A stretch of 64,000 nucleotides of DNA, taken from IMG/VR virus record IMGVR_UViG_3300015607_005478. One strand, given 5' to 3'. Positions 48,376 to 58,488 of the stretch are shown here, one piece after another; within the stretch, counting starts at the first letter, position 1; the number at the start of each line of letters is the position of its first letter. The translations under genes were made by a program, and so were the position numbers. This DNA comes from an uncultured virus (IMG/VR IMGVR_UViG_3300015607_005478). Lineage: Duplodnaviria; Heunggongvirae; Uroviricota; Caudoviricetes. The notes beneath the pieces were generated by a model. That model did not search any database. It saw only the letters and a list, made by a program, of their open reading frames with translations, and had not been told where the DNA came from.

Positions 48376-50070
48376 ATGAAGAGCCTCGAAGATGTCTTCT
48401 CTCAGGGAATCCCGCTCGGCGAAGCGGCGAGCTTCCTCATGCGCTTGCGCGGCACCGATAAGACGGCGTCCGTCGCTGACCTCGAGGCTGCTGTCGCCGC
48501 GCTCCCGGAGGACGAACGCGTCGAGATCCAGAAGATGGCTGAGGGTATGGGCATGACCCTCCCCTCGGCTGCCCAAGGCCAGGTGATGAAGCCGGCACCT
48601 GCCCCCGCGCTCCCGCCGACGGCGATGGGTCAGAACTCGAAGGTGGCGAACGATCGACAGGACGATGCAATTGGCCGCTCGCGCGGGCGCGCCGCGACCT
48701 CTGCACACTTCGAGCGCCAGTCGCATCGCAGCAGCGAGAAGAACCGCGAGCTCGCGGGGCGTCTCGGGGGCGCCGCGGCCGGGGGTGCGGCCGCGCACTT
48801 TGGCGGGAAGAAGAACCCGCTCTCAACTCTCGTAGGTGTTGCGCTCGGCTCGCACCTCGGCGGCCGTGTCGGGAAGCGTTCGGGGCAGGTCGCCGACGCG
48901 AAGAAGTGGGAGAGTGAGAAGAAGGCGTTCGACGCTGCGCTCGAAGAAGCGGGACTCGCTCCGCAGCCCTCTGCGCAGAAGCCGCCACCGGTGAACACGC
49001 CACCGCCTGCCGCGGTAGAGCCCCAGATCGATCCGCAGACGCAGGCGTACCTGCAACAAGAGCAGGCGGCGGACGCCGAGGCAGAGACCGCACATATCGG
49101 CATGCTTCGCGAGAAGCTGCAGCAGGCGCAGGCCGAGCTCCAGGAGTCGAAGACGGTTTCGGATACCCTCCAGCAGACGCAGGCGCAGCACGACGCGACG
49201 CTTCAGCAGATGCAGCAGCAGGTCGCCGAATCGTTCCAGCAGGCGGCCGGCGCGCAGGACGAAGTCCTGAAGAACCAGCAGGCGGCCGCTGCGATGCGGA
49301 TGGCCTTTCAGCAGCTTCGCGGCAAGGTCCTCGAGCTCGCGGCAAGCGATCCGCCGACGCTCAGCCCCGACGCGCAAGCGCTCATGGCTGCTGCCGCGGC
49401 ACCTCCGACAGCAGGCGCACCGACCCCGCAGCAGGGACCGGCAAACCAGGCCGGCTCCCCCGGAGCAGCGCCGGGTGCTGCTCCTCCTGCCGGCGATGAG
49501 GCCGTGAATCAGAATGCGAGCTCAACGAGCTCGGACCCGGTTGGCGAGTCCTCGCCGTCGGGTCAGACGGGGCAGAAGGACCAGCCCTCAAGTGGTGGGG
49601 ACAACAAGGGCAGCGAGTCGAGCGGTTCGAAGGTCTCTCTCAAGATCGGCGCGGCCGCATTCGCCGAGGTCATGAAGGAGGCCTCCCTCGGGGACTTCAT
49701 CGCACAGCACGGCTACGCGGCAGCGGCGCGACTCCCGCACGCCGCTGCGGGCGCGGCTCTTGGCGCCGGGCTCGGTGCCGGCGAGTCGTTCACCAGCAAT
49801 GAACCACTGAAGCAGCGCATTCAGGGGCTCGAGGGCAAGAAGGAGCGCGGTCTTCGCGATACCCTAGACCTCGCGCAGCTTCGCGCGCGACACACTGTCG
49901 GCGAGTTTGCACAGGAACATCCTGGCGCCATGATGGGTGCTGGCGCTCTCGGCGGCGCGCTTCTCGGCGCGCAGCACGGACCGAGCCTCGTCGATGCAGC
50001 CAAGCAGAGCGTTCAACAGGGCGGCGACATCGCCAAGAAGATCAAGATCATGATTCAAGGAGCGGTGTGA
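48376..50070 (+). CDS. Glycine-zipper and coiled-coil virion protein
   Basis: GxxxG runs, Gln-rich coil, KTAS/KEAS motifs. Confidence 0.65.
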   Translation: MKSLEDVFSQGIPLGEAASFLMRLRGTDKTASVADLEAAVAALPEDERVEIQKMAEGMGMTLPSAAQGQVMKPAPAPALPPTAMGQNSKVANDRQDDAIGRSRGRAATSAHFERQSHRSSEKNRELAGRLGGAAAGGAAAHFGGKKNPLSTLVGVALGSHLGGRVGKRSGQVADAKKWESEKKAFDAALEEAGLAPQPSAQKPPPVNTPPPAAVEPQIDPQTQAYLQQEQAADAEAETAHIGMLREKLQQAQAELQESKTVSDTLQQTQAQHDATLQQMQQQVAESFQQAAGAQDEVLKNQQAAAAMRMAFQQLRGKVLELAASDPPTLSPDAQALMAAAAAPPTAGAPTPQQGPANQAGSPGAAPGAAPPAGDEAVNQNASSTSSDPVGESSPSGQTGQKDQPSSGGDNKGSESSGSKVSLKIGAAAFAEVMKEASLGDFIAQHGYAAAARLPHAAAGAALGAGLGAGESFTSNEPLKQRIQGLEGKKERGLRDTLDLAQLRARHTVGEFAQEHPGAMMGAGALGGALLGAQHGPSLVDAAKQSVQQGGDIAKKIKIMIQGAV

Positions 50071-51161
50071 TGCTCGACGAGTTCCTCCAGGTCACGTACC
50101 AGACGCAGACGCGCAAGCAGGCTGAATACGAGCTCGTGGGAATGATGGAAGGCCTCCCGGTCGTCGAGCTCAAGAAGCTCGCGGAGGGAACACCCGTCGC
50201 CGAGCTCTACGGCCACCTGGACAAAACCGCGGGCGTTCTCGAGTGCAGCCCCGATGGGACTCCGAAAAGCTTTCTCGAGAAGTTCCAGGGCACGCCGCTC
50301 TTCGAGCAGGCACTCGCGCTCGAGCAGCAGGAGCTGCAGGCCGAGATGACCGACATGCAGAAGCGGCAGGAGCGTCGGCAGCAGAACGCGGCCGATGATT
50401 CGCTCTACGACGCGAAGGATCGCATCCGCGTCCAGAAGCGACTTCTCGAGCTCGAGCTTGCGAAGCAGCAGATGGGCGGCGGGCAAGCGGCGCCGGCGGC
50501 CCCTCCCGCGCCCAGCGCGACCCCGGCGCAGGGTGCCGGCGCTCCCGGCGAGGTTCCTCCTGAGGGCATCGAGGCCGGCGCGAGCGGCGTTGCAGGCAAG
50601 ACCGCAGCGTTCGCGAAGACGGCGCAGGGCCAGCAGCTGCTCAAGATCGGCAGCGCCGCAGGCGCCATCATGGCGAAGACCGCGCTGGATCTTGGAGGCA
50701 TCACCTCCGCCCTTGGCGGTCTCGGCTCGGCGGCGAGCGGCGCGCTCAAGGGGATGGGCGGTCTCGGCGGCGCTGCCAGCAAGGCGATGTCCTTCGCCTC
50801 GAAGAATCCGGCACTTGTCGGGGCAGGCCTCGGCGCTGCAGGTGGCGCGCTCGCGGGCGGCCCGAACCATCGCCTTTCCGGGGCGCTCGGCGGCGCTGCT
50901 CTGGGTGGCGGCGCTGGGGCGGCTCTTGGCAAGATGGCTCCGGGCGGAATCGCGGGGCAGCTCGGCGGCGCTCCGCGCGCGGCGGCTACGCACGCTGACC
51001 CGTCGGTGCTCCACATGAAACCGAGCCAGGTTGGTCCGTCGCTCGCCGCGCCGAACCCGATGGACTTCTCCAAGCCGACGCTCGGACAGCGTGTGATGGG
51101 CGCTCTCGGCAAGACGCCGCCCGCGCCGAATACGGGTGCGCCGACCATCTCGCCGATGTGA
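50067..51161 (+). CDS. Glycine-zipper virion protein
   Basis: GAGLGAAGGALAGG runs; KTA motifs. Confidence 0.65.
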   Translation: MMLDEFLQVTYQTQTRKQAEYELVGMMEGLPVVELKKLAEGTPVAELYGHLDKTAGVLECSPDGTPKSFLEKFQGTPLFEQALALEQQELQAEMTDMQKRQERRQQNAADDSLYDAKDRIRVQKRLLELELAKQQMGGGQAAPAAPPAPSATPAQGAGAPGEVPPEGIEAGASGVAGKTAAFAKTAQGQQLLKIGSAAGAIMAKTALDLGGITSALGGLGSAASGALKGMGGLGGAASKAMSFASKNPALVGAGLGAAGGALAGGPNHRLSGALGGAALGGGAGAALGKMAPGGIAGQLGGAPRAAATHADPSVLHMKPSQVGPSLAAPNPMDFSKPTLGQRVMGALGKTPPAPNTGAPTISPM

Positions 51162-51162
51162 C

Positions 51163-52056
51163 ATGGGCATCCCGCTCGTCATCAAAGAGTTCCGCGTCCG
51201 CTCGTTGGACATCGACTACAACGAGTTGTCGTGGAAGCTCGCCGACACGAGCGAGGACGTGCTCGACTACACGTTCCAGATCCTGCGCAGTGAATCACCG
51301 AGCGGTCCGTTCGATGTACTCACTGCGCCGTTTCAAGACCGCTATCTCGTTCTCGACAACACCCTTCAGACGGGCCATCGCTGGAGGAAGTACTTCTACA
51401 AGGTTCGCACCGCGAGCCTCAAAGACCCGACCGACTTCAAGGACACGGACGCAGCGGCGAAAGAAGCGGACCCGGACATCTACGCCCTCGAGATTCGGCG
51501 CCACGAACAGCTCCTCTTCCAGGAGCACGCCGGTCGGCGCTGTTGGATTCTTCCGGTGCGTACCTCCGGCCAACGCTGCCGGTCATGCTGGAACCCGCGC
51601 CTGGGCCAACGCTCTCGATCCGGTTGCAAGGTCTGTTACGACACCGGCTTCGAGCGCGGCTACTTGCACCCTATCGAGCAGTGGCTGCAGATTGATCCGT
51701 CTCCGAAGACCAAGCAAGTCATGAACGTCGGTGACTCGCAGCAGTCGAATACGACGATGCGTATGGCGTGGTTCCCGCCAGTGAAGCCCGACGACATTGT
51801 CATCGAAGCGGAGAATCGCCGCTGGAAGATTGTAACCGTCACGCAGACGGAGAAGGGTCGTGCGGCACTTCATCAAGAAGTGTCGCTGCATGAGATTCCG
51901 CAGAAGGACATCGAGTTCTCCATCGAACTCGATTTGAAGGCAGCCCTCCGCGACCTCTGGATTAGTCCCTCGAGGAACTTCACCAATCCGACGAACATGG
52001 AGGGCGTGCAGAATACCGAGCCGGACATCTTCTCGCTCTACACGCGTCGCCGCTGA
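51163..52056 (+). CDS. Neck/head-closure-like protein with Zn motif
   Basis: CRSC...CKVCYDTG; position before sheath. Confidence 0.55.
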   Translation: MGIPLVIKEFRVRSLDIDYNELSWKLADTSEDVLDYTFQILRSESPSGPFDVLTAPFQDRYLVLDNTLQTGHRWRKYFYKVRTASLKDPTDFKDTDAAAKEADPDIYALEIRRHEQLLFQEHAGRRCWILPVRTSGQRCRSCWNPRLGQRSRSGCKVCYDTGFERGYLHPIEQWLQIDPSPKTKQVMNVGDSQQSNTTMRMAWFPPVKPDDIVIEAENRRWKIVTVTQTEKGRAALHQEVSLHEIPQKDIEFSIELDLKAALRDLWISPSRNFTNPTNMEGVQNTEPDIFSLYTRRR

Positions 52057-52106
52057 TTCTGCGCGTGCACCTCTTCCGCGATACACTGCACGTGAAGGAG
52101 TAGCGC

Positions 52107-53093
52107 GTGTCCGTCAAAGTCCCCCACACCGACCCGTTCGGCCCGAACCCGGTAGACTCGCGAAACACGCCGCTCGAGTACCTCCGCTCGGTCTTCACGG
52201 CGTTCTATCAGGGGCTCTTCAGCTACATGCCGCCGGGCATGTACCACTGGTCGGAGAACGACGAGCAGTCCGAGATCTTCATCTCCATGGAAGGTCCGGT
52301 GAAGGCTTCGACGGTCGGCGCCCGTCCCTGCATCTCCTTCACCCGCGCTCCGCTCAACTTCTACTCCCTCGGTCTCGACGACATGATGGAGTACGACCAA
52401 CGCACGGGACAGAAGACGAAGTCTGTTCTTGTTCCGGGCACGTTCATCATCAATTGTAGTTCGCGCGTCCCGCTCGAGTGCGAGCGCATTGCTTGGGTTT
52501 GCGCCGAGCAGCTCTGGCTTCATCGCGAGCTCCTGATGCGCGCGGGCTTCTTTGAAATCGGCCGCTCGCCAGCCATCAGCGCTGTCTCGCCGGCAGGCTC
52601 TATCATCCAGAATGACGGCGGCGATGAGTGGTACACGACGTCCGTTACATGCCCGTTCCAGTTCTACCGAACGTCGGCCATGACGCCGCTCAACGCACCC
52701 ATTCTGAGCCACATCAACATGCTTCTTCGTCTGCGTCTGCGGACGATCAATGAGCAGTTCATTCACCTCGATGGACACGGTGGTCCGCTCAACAACGGCG
52801 CCGGCGTACCCATCGGTGTTGTGGCATATCCGCCACCGCCACTTGCACCGCTGGCCAGCGACGTTTACGGGCGAACGCCTACGGCAGGTGAGCCTCCTAT
52901 ACGTCTTCCGGTACAACCGCACCCACTCAATCCGGCGGTGAGCGTTGTAGTTCGCGGGGTGCGTCCAAACAGTCCGGCGTTGAAGCCACCGAGCATAGGA
53001 GGCCGAGCTATTCCCATAGCGCCGGCCCGTGTGGAAGAATCGTTCCCGAGCCAGACGGATGACCCCGGTGAACCACGTAAGGTCAAAGTGTGA
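52107..53093 (+). CDS. Tail terminator-like protein
   Basis: AAGGAG SD; immediately upstream of sheath. Confidence 0.5.
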   Translation: MSVKVPHTDPFGPNPVDSRNTPLEYLRSVFTAFYQGLFSYMPPGMYHWSENDEQSEIFISMEGPVKASTVGARPCISFTRAPLNFYSLGLDDMMEYDQRTGQKTKSVLVPGTFIINCSSRVPLECERIAWVCAEQLWLHRELLMRAGFFEIGRSPAISAVSPAGSIIQNDGGDEWYTTSVTCPFQFYRTSAMTPLNAPILSHINMLLRLRLRTINEQFIHLDGHGGPLNNGAGVPIGVVAYPPPPLAPLASDVYGRTPTAGEPPIRLPVQPHPLNPAVSVVVRGVRPNSPALKPPSIGGRAIPIAPARVEESFPSQTDDPGEPRKVKV

Positions 53094-53111
53094 TGAAAGG
53101 AGCCTCTGAAC

Positions 53112-56100
53112 ATGGCGGCTGAACTTCCGAGGCCCGGTGTAGAAGTCGTACAAGTCTTCCGCTCGGTCTCGCCGACGGTCATCACGCCCACGCTTACGCC
53201 GTGCATCGTTGGCGTTTGCAGGCAGGTCGTTGATGTCCTGGTCCCGAACGCCGTCGGCGCTCAGGTCTTGAACAGCGAGGCTCTCGTCCCGCTGCAGGCG
53301 ATTCTCGAAGCGAAAGACGGTACTGGAACTCCCGCGGTTTACGCGGGGCTCGACGGACTCACGTTCGTTCTGTCCCTGAACCACGGCCCCGACCTCACGA
53401 TCACGTTCGCCGGAACGCCCCTCAGCCCCTCGCAGGTGGTGGCGCAGATTCTCGCCGCATTCTCGGCGGCGGGTGTCTCTGCATTCACTGCTGAAGTCGT
53501 GGGCAACGGCTTCCGCATCCGTTCGTACGCGGGCGATGAGTTTCAGACCATCGAGGTGCGGACGGGTACTGCGAACGCGGTTCTTGCTGCGTTTGGCACC
53601 GCCATCGGAAAGGTCTACGCCGGCGCGTCGGCCTACGATCAGCACATCACGCGGGTTGCTGCCCCGAGCTTCCCCGACCCGAACCGCAACATCGCTCAGC
53701 TCGTCATCCAGCCGGAGACGGTTCGCGCGTTCTTGTACCTCGGCGGGTCTGGTTCGGGCAGTGCTCTCCTCGAGCTCCTTCGCACCGAGTCGTTCCTCCG
53801 CAAGGGCATCGGTACTGCCGGCGCACGTACGGGCACCGTCGACCTCACCAGCCTGACACTTCCTGGTGACATCGGCACCGGCACGCTGCAGGTGAAGATC
53901 GACGGCGCGGCAACGCAGACGATTACGTTCGCGAACCCCGCGAACCCCGCAGCCATCATCAGCCAGATCAACGCGGCCATCGGCTCCGTCGCTCTCGCTG
54001 AGCAGCTCCCGACGTCGAACTTCCTCCGCATCACGTCGCTGAAGCTCGGCTTCGGCTCGAGCGTCGAGATCGTTGGCGGCTCGAAGGCAGCCACGCTCGG
54101 AATGGCGCTCGCCGCTACGTCCGGCGTCGCGGGCGTTGTCTCCATCGATGCCGGCAACGGCACGCAGGTCACGCCCATCCTGGAGATGGTGGGCGCCGAC
54201 TTCACGGCTTCTCCCACGAGCGCGGTGATCGAGGGCACGGTGGACATCACCGGCCTGTCGTATCCGTCCGCGCTGAACAACCTCACCCTCATCCTCGAGG
54301 ACGGCAACGTTCAGCAGACGGTCACGTTTGCCTCTCCGGCCAACGTTGCTGCACTGCTTTCGCAGCTCAACGCCGCCTTCGGATCGGCCGCGGGCGGACG
54401 TCTCACGGCGACGCAGGGCGGCACGGGCGGCAACAAGCTCGTTCTGACGAACAGCGCGCTTGGCGTCGAGTCGATCGTGAAGGTCGTTGGCGGCACCGCC
54501 GCTGCCACGCTCGGCCTCACGGCTGGCTCGGTTGCTCGCGGTGGTGCATACGTCCCGGTCTCGGGCGATGCGCTTTTCGTCGATGGCGTCTTCTACGCGA
54601 CCATCACGCAGGTTGCTCCCGGCGGCACCGTCACGCGCGTCAAGATCGACAAGCTCGTTCCGGTCTCCACGAACGTCGGCCTCTCCTGGTACATCGTCGC
54701 GAAGAATCTCGACGCGAACGCTTCGAGCTCGGGCGTCACCCGCCCGACTCCGAACCTCATCGTCGATTCTTCGGCGAACTTCACCATCAAGCCGGAAGTG
54801 CTGCGCGACACACGCGGCAACGCAGTGAACCCGTCGCGTGCGCAGATCTACGTTGCGTACAAGGCGCTCCGCCTCGACGTGACGGCGAAGGCGAAGAGCC
54901 CGGGCCTCCTTCGTTTCAGCGACACGACGTCGCTCGATTCGAACCTGGCACCGGTCTCGGTCGATAACCCGCTCGCGCTCGGCTTCTACTTCGCTCTCCT
55001 CAACGCACCCGGCACGGTGGTCACCGGCGTCGGTGTCGATGAAGCAACGGCGAACGCGCCCTACGGCACCGTCGAAGGCTTCACGCGCGCGGCGACGTTC
55101 CTCGAGGCCTTCGAGGTCTACGCCATCGCGCTTCTGACGCACGACCCCACGGTCTTCCAGATCTTCGCCACGCACGTCAGCGTGATGAGCGACGCGGAGA
55201 ACAAGGGCGAGCGTATCGCGCTCATCAACCACACGATGCCGCGTACGAAGCTCGACACTCTCGTGGCGTCGGGCGTCAACGGCAACACGACGACCACGCC
55301 GAATCAGTTCGATACGGGCGTCGCGAACCTCGGTGCACTCCTGCTCTCGCAGGGCCTCTCCGGCGTCGGTCCCTACGCCGTCAGCGCGGGCATCTTCCTC
55401 GACGTCGGCGACGGCAAGAAGTACGCGGTCACCAACGTCATCGGCTCCGTCGTTACGTGCAAGACCTCGAGCTTCCTCCCCGGTGAGAACGACGATGGCT
55501 TCTACGCCACGACGACGCTCCCGAGTCCGCTCATCAACGAGACCTTCGCTGTCCGCATCCGCGGCGCCAGCCTGACCCTGCCCGACAGCACGTTGGACAA
55601 GGAAGGCATCGCGCTCACGATGCAGCAGACGGCGCAGGGCTACGGCAACCGCCGCGTCTGGAACATCTATCCGGACCAAGCCGCCGCCACGCTCGAAGGT
55701 GTCGAGCAGATCATCGAGGGCTTCTACATGTCGGCGGCCATCGCCGGCATGATCGCACGCCAGCCCCCGCAGCAGTCGTTCACCAACTTCCCGATGACGG
55801 GCTTCACGCGCGTCATCGGCTCGAACGACCGCTTCGGTGAGCGTCAGCTCAACGTGATGGCGGCGGGCGGTAACTACATCATCGTCCAGGACGCGCCGGC
55901 AACGCCGCTCATCAGCCGCATGGCGCTGACGACGGAAGCGACCTCCATCGAGACCCGCACGGACTCGGTGGTGAAGGTCGTCGACTTCACCGCGAAGTTC
56001 CTCCGCCAGGGTCTCAAGAACTTCATCGGGCGCTTCAACATCACCCAGGGCTTCCTCGACAGCCTCGGTCATGTCATCCAGGGCCTCCTCGGATTCCTCA

Positions 56101-56237
56101 CGGAGTCCGGCGTCCTCATCGGCGCGAACCTCAACAACCTCATCCAGGATACGGATGCGCCGGATACGGTGCTCGTCGACATCACGCTCGACGTGCCCTT
56201 CCCCTGCAATTACATCCGCCTCACGCTCGTCATCTGA
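53112..56237 (+). CDS. Contractile tail sheath
   Basis: N-terminal PGVEV, C-terminal VDFTAK.LR..L..FIG.FN and FPCNYIRLTL. Confidence 0.85.
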   Translation: MAAELPRPGVEVVQVFRSVSPTVITPTLTPCIVGVCRQVVDVLVPNAVGAQVLNSEALVPLQAILEAKDGTGTPAVYAGLDGLTFVLSLNHGPDLTITFAGTPLSPSQVVAQILAAFSAAGVSAFTAEVVGNGFRIRSYAGDEFQTIEVRTGTANAVLAAFGTAIGKVYAGASAYDQHITRVAAPSFPDPNRNIAQLVIQPETVRAFLYLGGSGSGSALLELLRTESFLRKGIGTAGARTGTVDLTSLTLPGDIGTGTLQVKIDGAATQTITFANPANPAAIISQINAAIGSVALAEQLPTSNFLRITSLKLGFGSSVEIVGGSKAATLGMALAATSGVAGVVSIDAGNGTQVTPILEMVGADFTASPTSAVIEGTVDITGLSYPSALNNLTLILEDGNVQQTVTFASPANVAALLSQLNAAFGSAAGGRLTATQGGTGGNKLVLTNSALGVESIVKVVGGTAAATLGLTAGSVARGGAYVPVSGDALFVDGVFYATITQVAPGGTVTRVKIDKLVPVSTNVGLSWYIVAKNLDANASSSGVTRPTPNLIVDSSANFTIKPEVLRDTRGNAVNPSRAQIYVAYKALRLDVTAKAKSPGLLRFSDTTSLDSNLAPVSVDNPLALGFYFALLNAPGTVVTGVGVDEATANAPYGTVEGFTRAATFLEAFEVYAIALLTHDPTVFQIFATHVSVMSDAENKGERIALINHTMPRTKLDTLVASGVNGNTTTTPNQFDTGVANLGALLLSQGLSGVGPYAVSAGIFLDVGDGKKYAVTNVIGSVVTCKTSSFLPGENDDGFYATTTLPSPLINETFAVRIRGASLTLPDSTLDKEGIALTMQQTAQGYGNRRVWNIYPDQAAATLEGVEQIIEGFYMSAAIAGMIARQPPQQSFTNFPMTGFTRVIGSNDRFGERQLNVMAAGGNYIIVQDAPATPLISRMALTTEATSIETRTDSVVKVVDFTAKFLRQGLKNFIGRFNITQGFLDSLGHVIQGLLGFLTESGVLIGANLNNLIQDTDAPDTVLVDITLDVPFPCNYIRLTLVI

Positions 56238-56647
56238 TGGCCGACCTCCGCAAACTCGCTGCCGAAGTCATGGGGCGCGCCGCTCTCGAAGAGCGGTTCG
56301 CCCCGCGGCAGCTTTCTGCGGTCGACGCCATCCTGATGCAGAAGCAAGCAAGCACCGACCCCGCCCTCATCAAGGTCGCGGCGACGATCGCGCCCGACGC
56401 GGTGCTGAGCACGTACGAGAAGCTCGGTGGGGGGTACGAGACGAAGGAGGCCGTCTCGTCGAAGTGGGTGCGCGAGGCCGTGTCGTCTGCGAAAGCCACC
56501 CCCACACGGCTCGAGCGTTTCATCGACAAAGTCCAGGAAACACACGGCAGTGCATGGGGGAAGACCCCGACGCGCGACTACCACCGGCGCAATCTCGTGC
56601 GGGAAGAAGCGGTTCGCGCAGCCACCAAGCATCCAGGAAGCAAGTGA
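56237..56647 (+). CDS. Hypothetical K-x-A-containing protein
   Basis: KLAA, KQAS, KVAA, KEAV; coupled to sheath. Confidence 0.55.
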   Translation: MADLRKLAAEVMGRAALEERFAPRQLSAVDAILMQKQASTDPALIKVAATIAPDAVLSTYEKLGGGYETKEAVSSKWVREAVSSAKATPTRLERFIDKVQETHGSAWGKTPTRDYHRRNLVREEAVRAATKHPGSK

Positions 56648-57303
56648 GGAAGAACAACGGCACCACCATCGACCTGACCGGGCAGGCCTTCGGCCTGCTC
56701 ACGGTCGTCGAGCGCGCGCCGAACGACAAGTTCGGACGCGTGTACTGGCGGTGCATGTGCCGGTGCGGGGCATCCGCGTTGAAGTGCGCGCACCAGCTCC
56801 GGGCCGGGAAGTTCTTCACGTGCGGCGCTCCCGCCTGCCGTTTCTGGGAGAAGGTCTACATCCCGGACGCCGCTGATGCGCTCTGCCCGTCTCCGCTCGG
56901 CTGGTGCTGGGAGTGGACGGGTGCACTGAAGGAAACGGGCTACGGCGTCTTCAAGCAGCCGGGCGAGAAGAAGACCCTTCGCGCACACGTGTTTTCGTGG
57001 GAGCTCCACAACGGTCCGATCGAGGACGCGCTTTGGGCCCTCCACAAGTGCGATAACCGGAAGTGCGTACGCCCCACGCACTTGTTTCTCGGAACGCACG
57101 ACGACAATATGCGTGACATGGCCCAGAAGGGCCGCGTCGGTCTGCAGCGAGTGTTCCTTTCCGAAACCCAGAAGAAGCAGATTGTTCTCGACTACCAGCA
57201 AGGCGGTCTTACCCACCCCGACCTCGCTGCGCGCTACAACGTGAGTCTGGCAACGGTGGGTAGAGTCCTCCGACGAGGGCCGCACAAGGAGCACCTATCA
57301 TAG
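56644..57303 (+). CDS. Free-standing HNH endonuclease with C-terminal HTH
   Basis: DLTGQ.FG.LTV..W.C.C.CG, CWEWTG, HKCDN..CV.P.HL..GT..DN. Confidence 0.85.
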   Translation: MRKNNGTTIDLTGQAFGLLTVVERAPNDKFGRVYWRCMCRCGASALKCAHQLRAGKFFTCGAPACRFWEKVYIPDAADALCPSPLGWCWEWTGALKETGYGVFKQPGEKKTLRAHVFSWELHNGPIEDALWALHKCDNRKCVRPTHLFLGTHDDNMRDMAQKGRVGLQRVFLSETQKKQIVLDYQQGGLTHPDLAARYNVSLATVGRVLRRGPHKEHLS

Positions 57304-58058
57304 CCGGGAACTTCAGCGACTGGGCACCATACTCGAACTACGTCCAGGCCGGACTGGTCGACGGGCGCTACGCGAACGCGGGCTTCACGATGCTCGCCGC
57401 GGGTCCGCCGCGTCTCGCGAACATCGGCGGTGCAGCCGCGGTCGCCGGCGCGGTTGCGGGCAACGGCCAGGCGGCGAACCAGATCGTCTTCCCGATCGGT
57501 ATCGTCCAGAACTTCAACCTCTCCCACACCCGCCAGTTCTCCCGCATCTTCGAGATCGGGTCGGAGCGCAGCTACTTCATCGCCGGTCGCACGGTCGGAC
57601 AGCTCGGTCTCGGCCGCATCTACTACCACGGCGCGTCGCTGCTTCGCATTCTGTACGCGTACTACCAGAACCTCATCCCTCCGACGATCGTGCCGGCGAT
57701 GTTCCCGAACGCGGGCGCCGCGTCGGTCTCGAACCCGCACGACGTCATCATCCCGCCGGGCTACGAGAACATCTACGTCAACCTGGCGTCGGACCTGTTC
57801 GCGCAGCCCATCGGCATTCTGATGTACGTCCGCGACATCAACCTCGACACCCTCGCGGCGGTCTACTTCGAGGCCTGCTACCTGCCGAATCACTCGTGGG
57901 CGACGGACGCGCAAGGCGTCCTCATCCAGGAGTCGGTCGCGGTGCAGTTCGAGCGCGCTGTTCCAGTCGCTGTCGCGGCTCTCACGCTCATCACCAACTC
58001 CACGGTGACGAACGCGGGCGGCGCGAACGCCACCTTCCCCGGCATTCCGAACTCCTAA
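57300..58058 (+). CDS. Tail tube protein (probable AUA start)
   Basis: IGIVQNF...RIFEIGS...IQESVAVQFE; near sheath; AAGGAG 8 nt before ATA 57300. Confidence 0.7.
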   Translation: MAGNFSDWAPYSNYVQAGLVDGRYANAGFTMLAAGPPRLANIGGAAAVAGAVAGNGQAANQIVFPIGIVQNFNLSHTRQFSRIFEIGSERSYFIAGRTVGQLGLGRIYYHGASLLRILYAYYQNLIPPTIVPAMFPNAGAASVSNPHDVIIPPGYENIYVNLASDLFAQPIGILMYVRDINLDTLAAVYFEACYLPNHSWATDAQGVLIQESVAVQFERAVPVAVAALTLITNSTVTNAGGANATFPGIPNS

Positions 58059-58068
58059 GAGGTAGTCG

Positions 58069-58443
58069 ATGCAGCCCGTTGCATTCGCAGGCGCTCTGCA
58101 ACTCGCGGCGGACCAATCGCTTCCGCAGGAGCCGATTCCGTTCAACGCGTCGGGGCAGTACAACTCGCTCGCCGAGTTCGTGCTCAACGTGCAGTCGGGA
58201 ACGACGGCCGTACCCTTCGGCAGTATTGCCTCCCCCGGCGCGAAAGGTGTCTTCATCCGCTACGATGCGCAGCCCTCGCCAGCGGCGGCTGTGCAGGTCA
58301 CCGTCAACGGTGGCAATCAGCCCGTGGAGCTCACACCCGGCGGCTTCTTCGCCTACTGGAGCCCGAGCCCGGCGACGGGTATTACAGCCATGAGTATCGC
58401 AGCGACCGCCAACTGTCAGCTGCGCGTCTGGCTTCTTGGATAG
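58069..58443 (+). CDS. Small beta-rich structural protein
   Basis: GAGG SD; composition. Confidence 0.6.
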   Translation: MQPVAFAGALQLAADQSLPQEPIPFNASGQYNSLAEFVLNVQSGTTAVPFGSIASPGAKGVFIRYDAQPSPAAAVQVTVNGGNQPVELTPGGFFAYWSPSPATGITAMSIAATANCQLRVWLLG

Positions 58444-58488
58444 AACACCGGGAGCCGGCGGGCTGTTACAATTACCGTCGGAGGCCTC

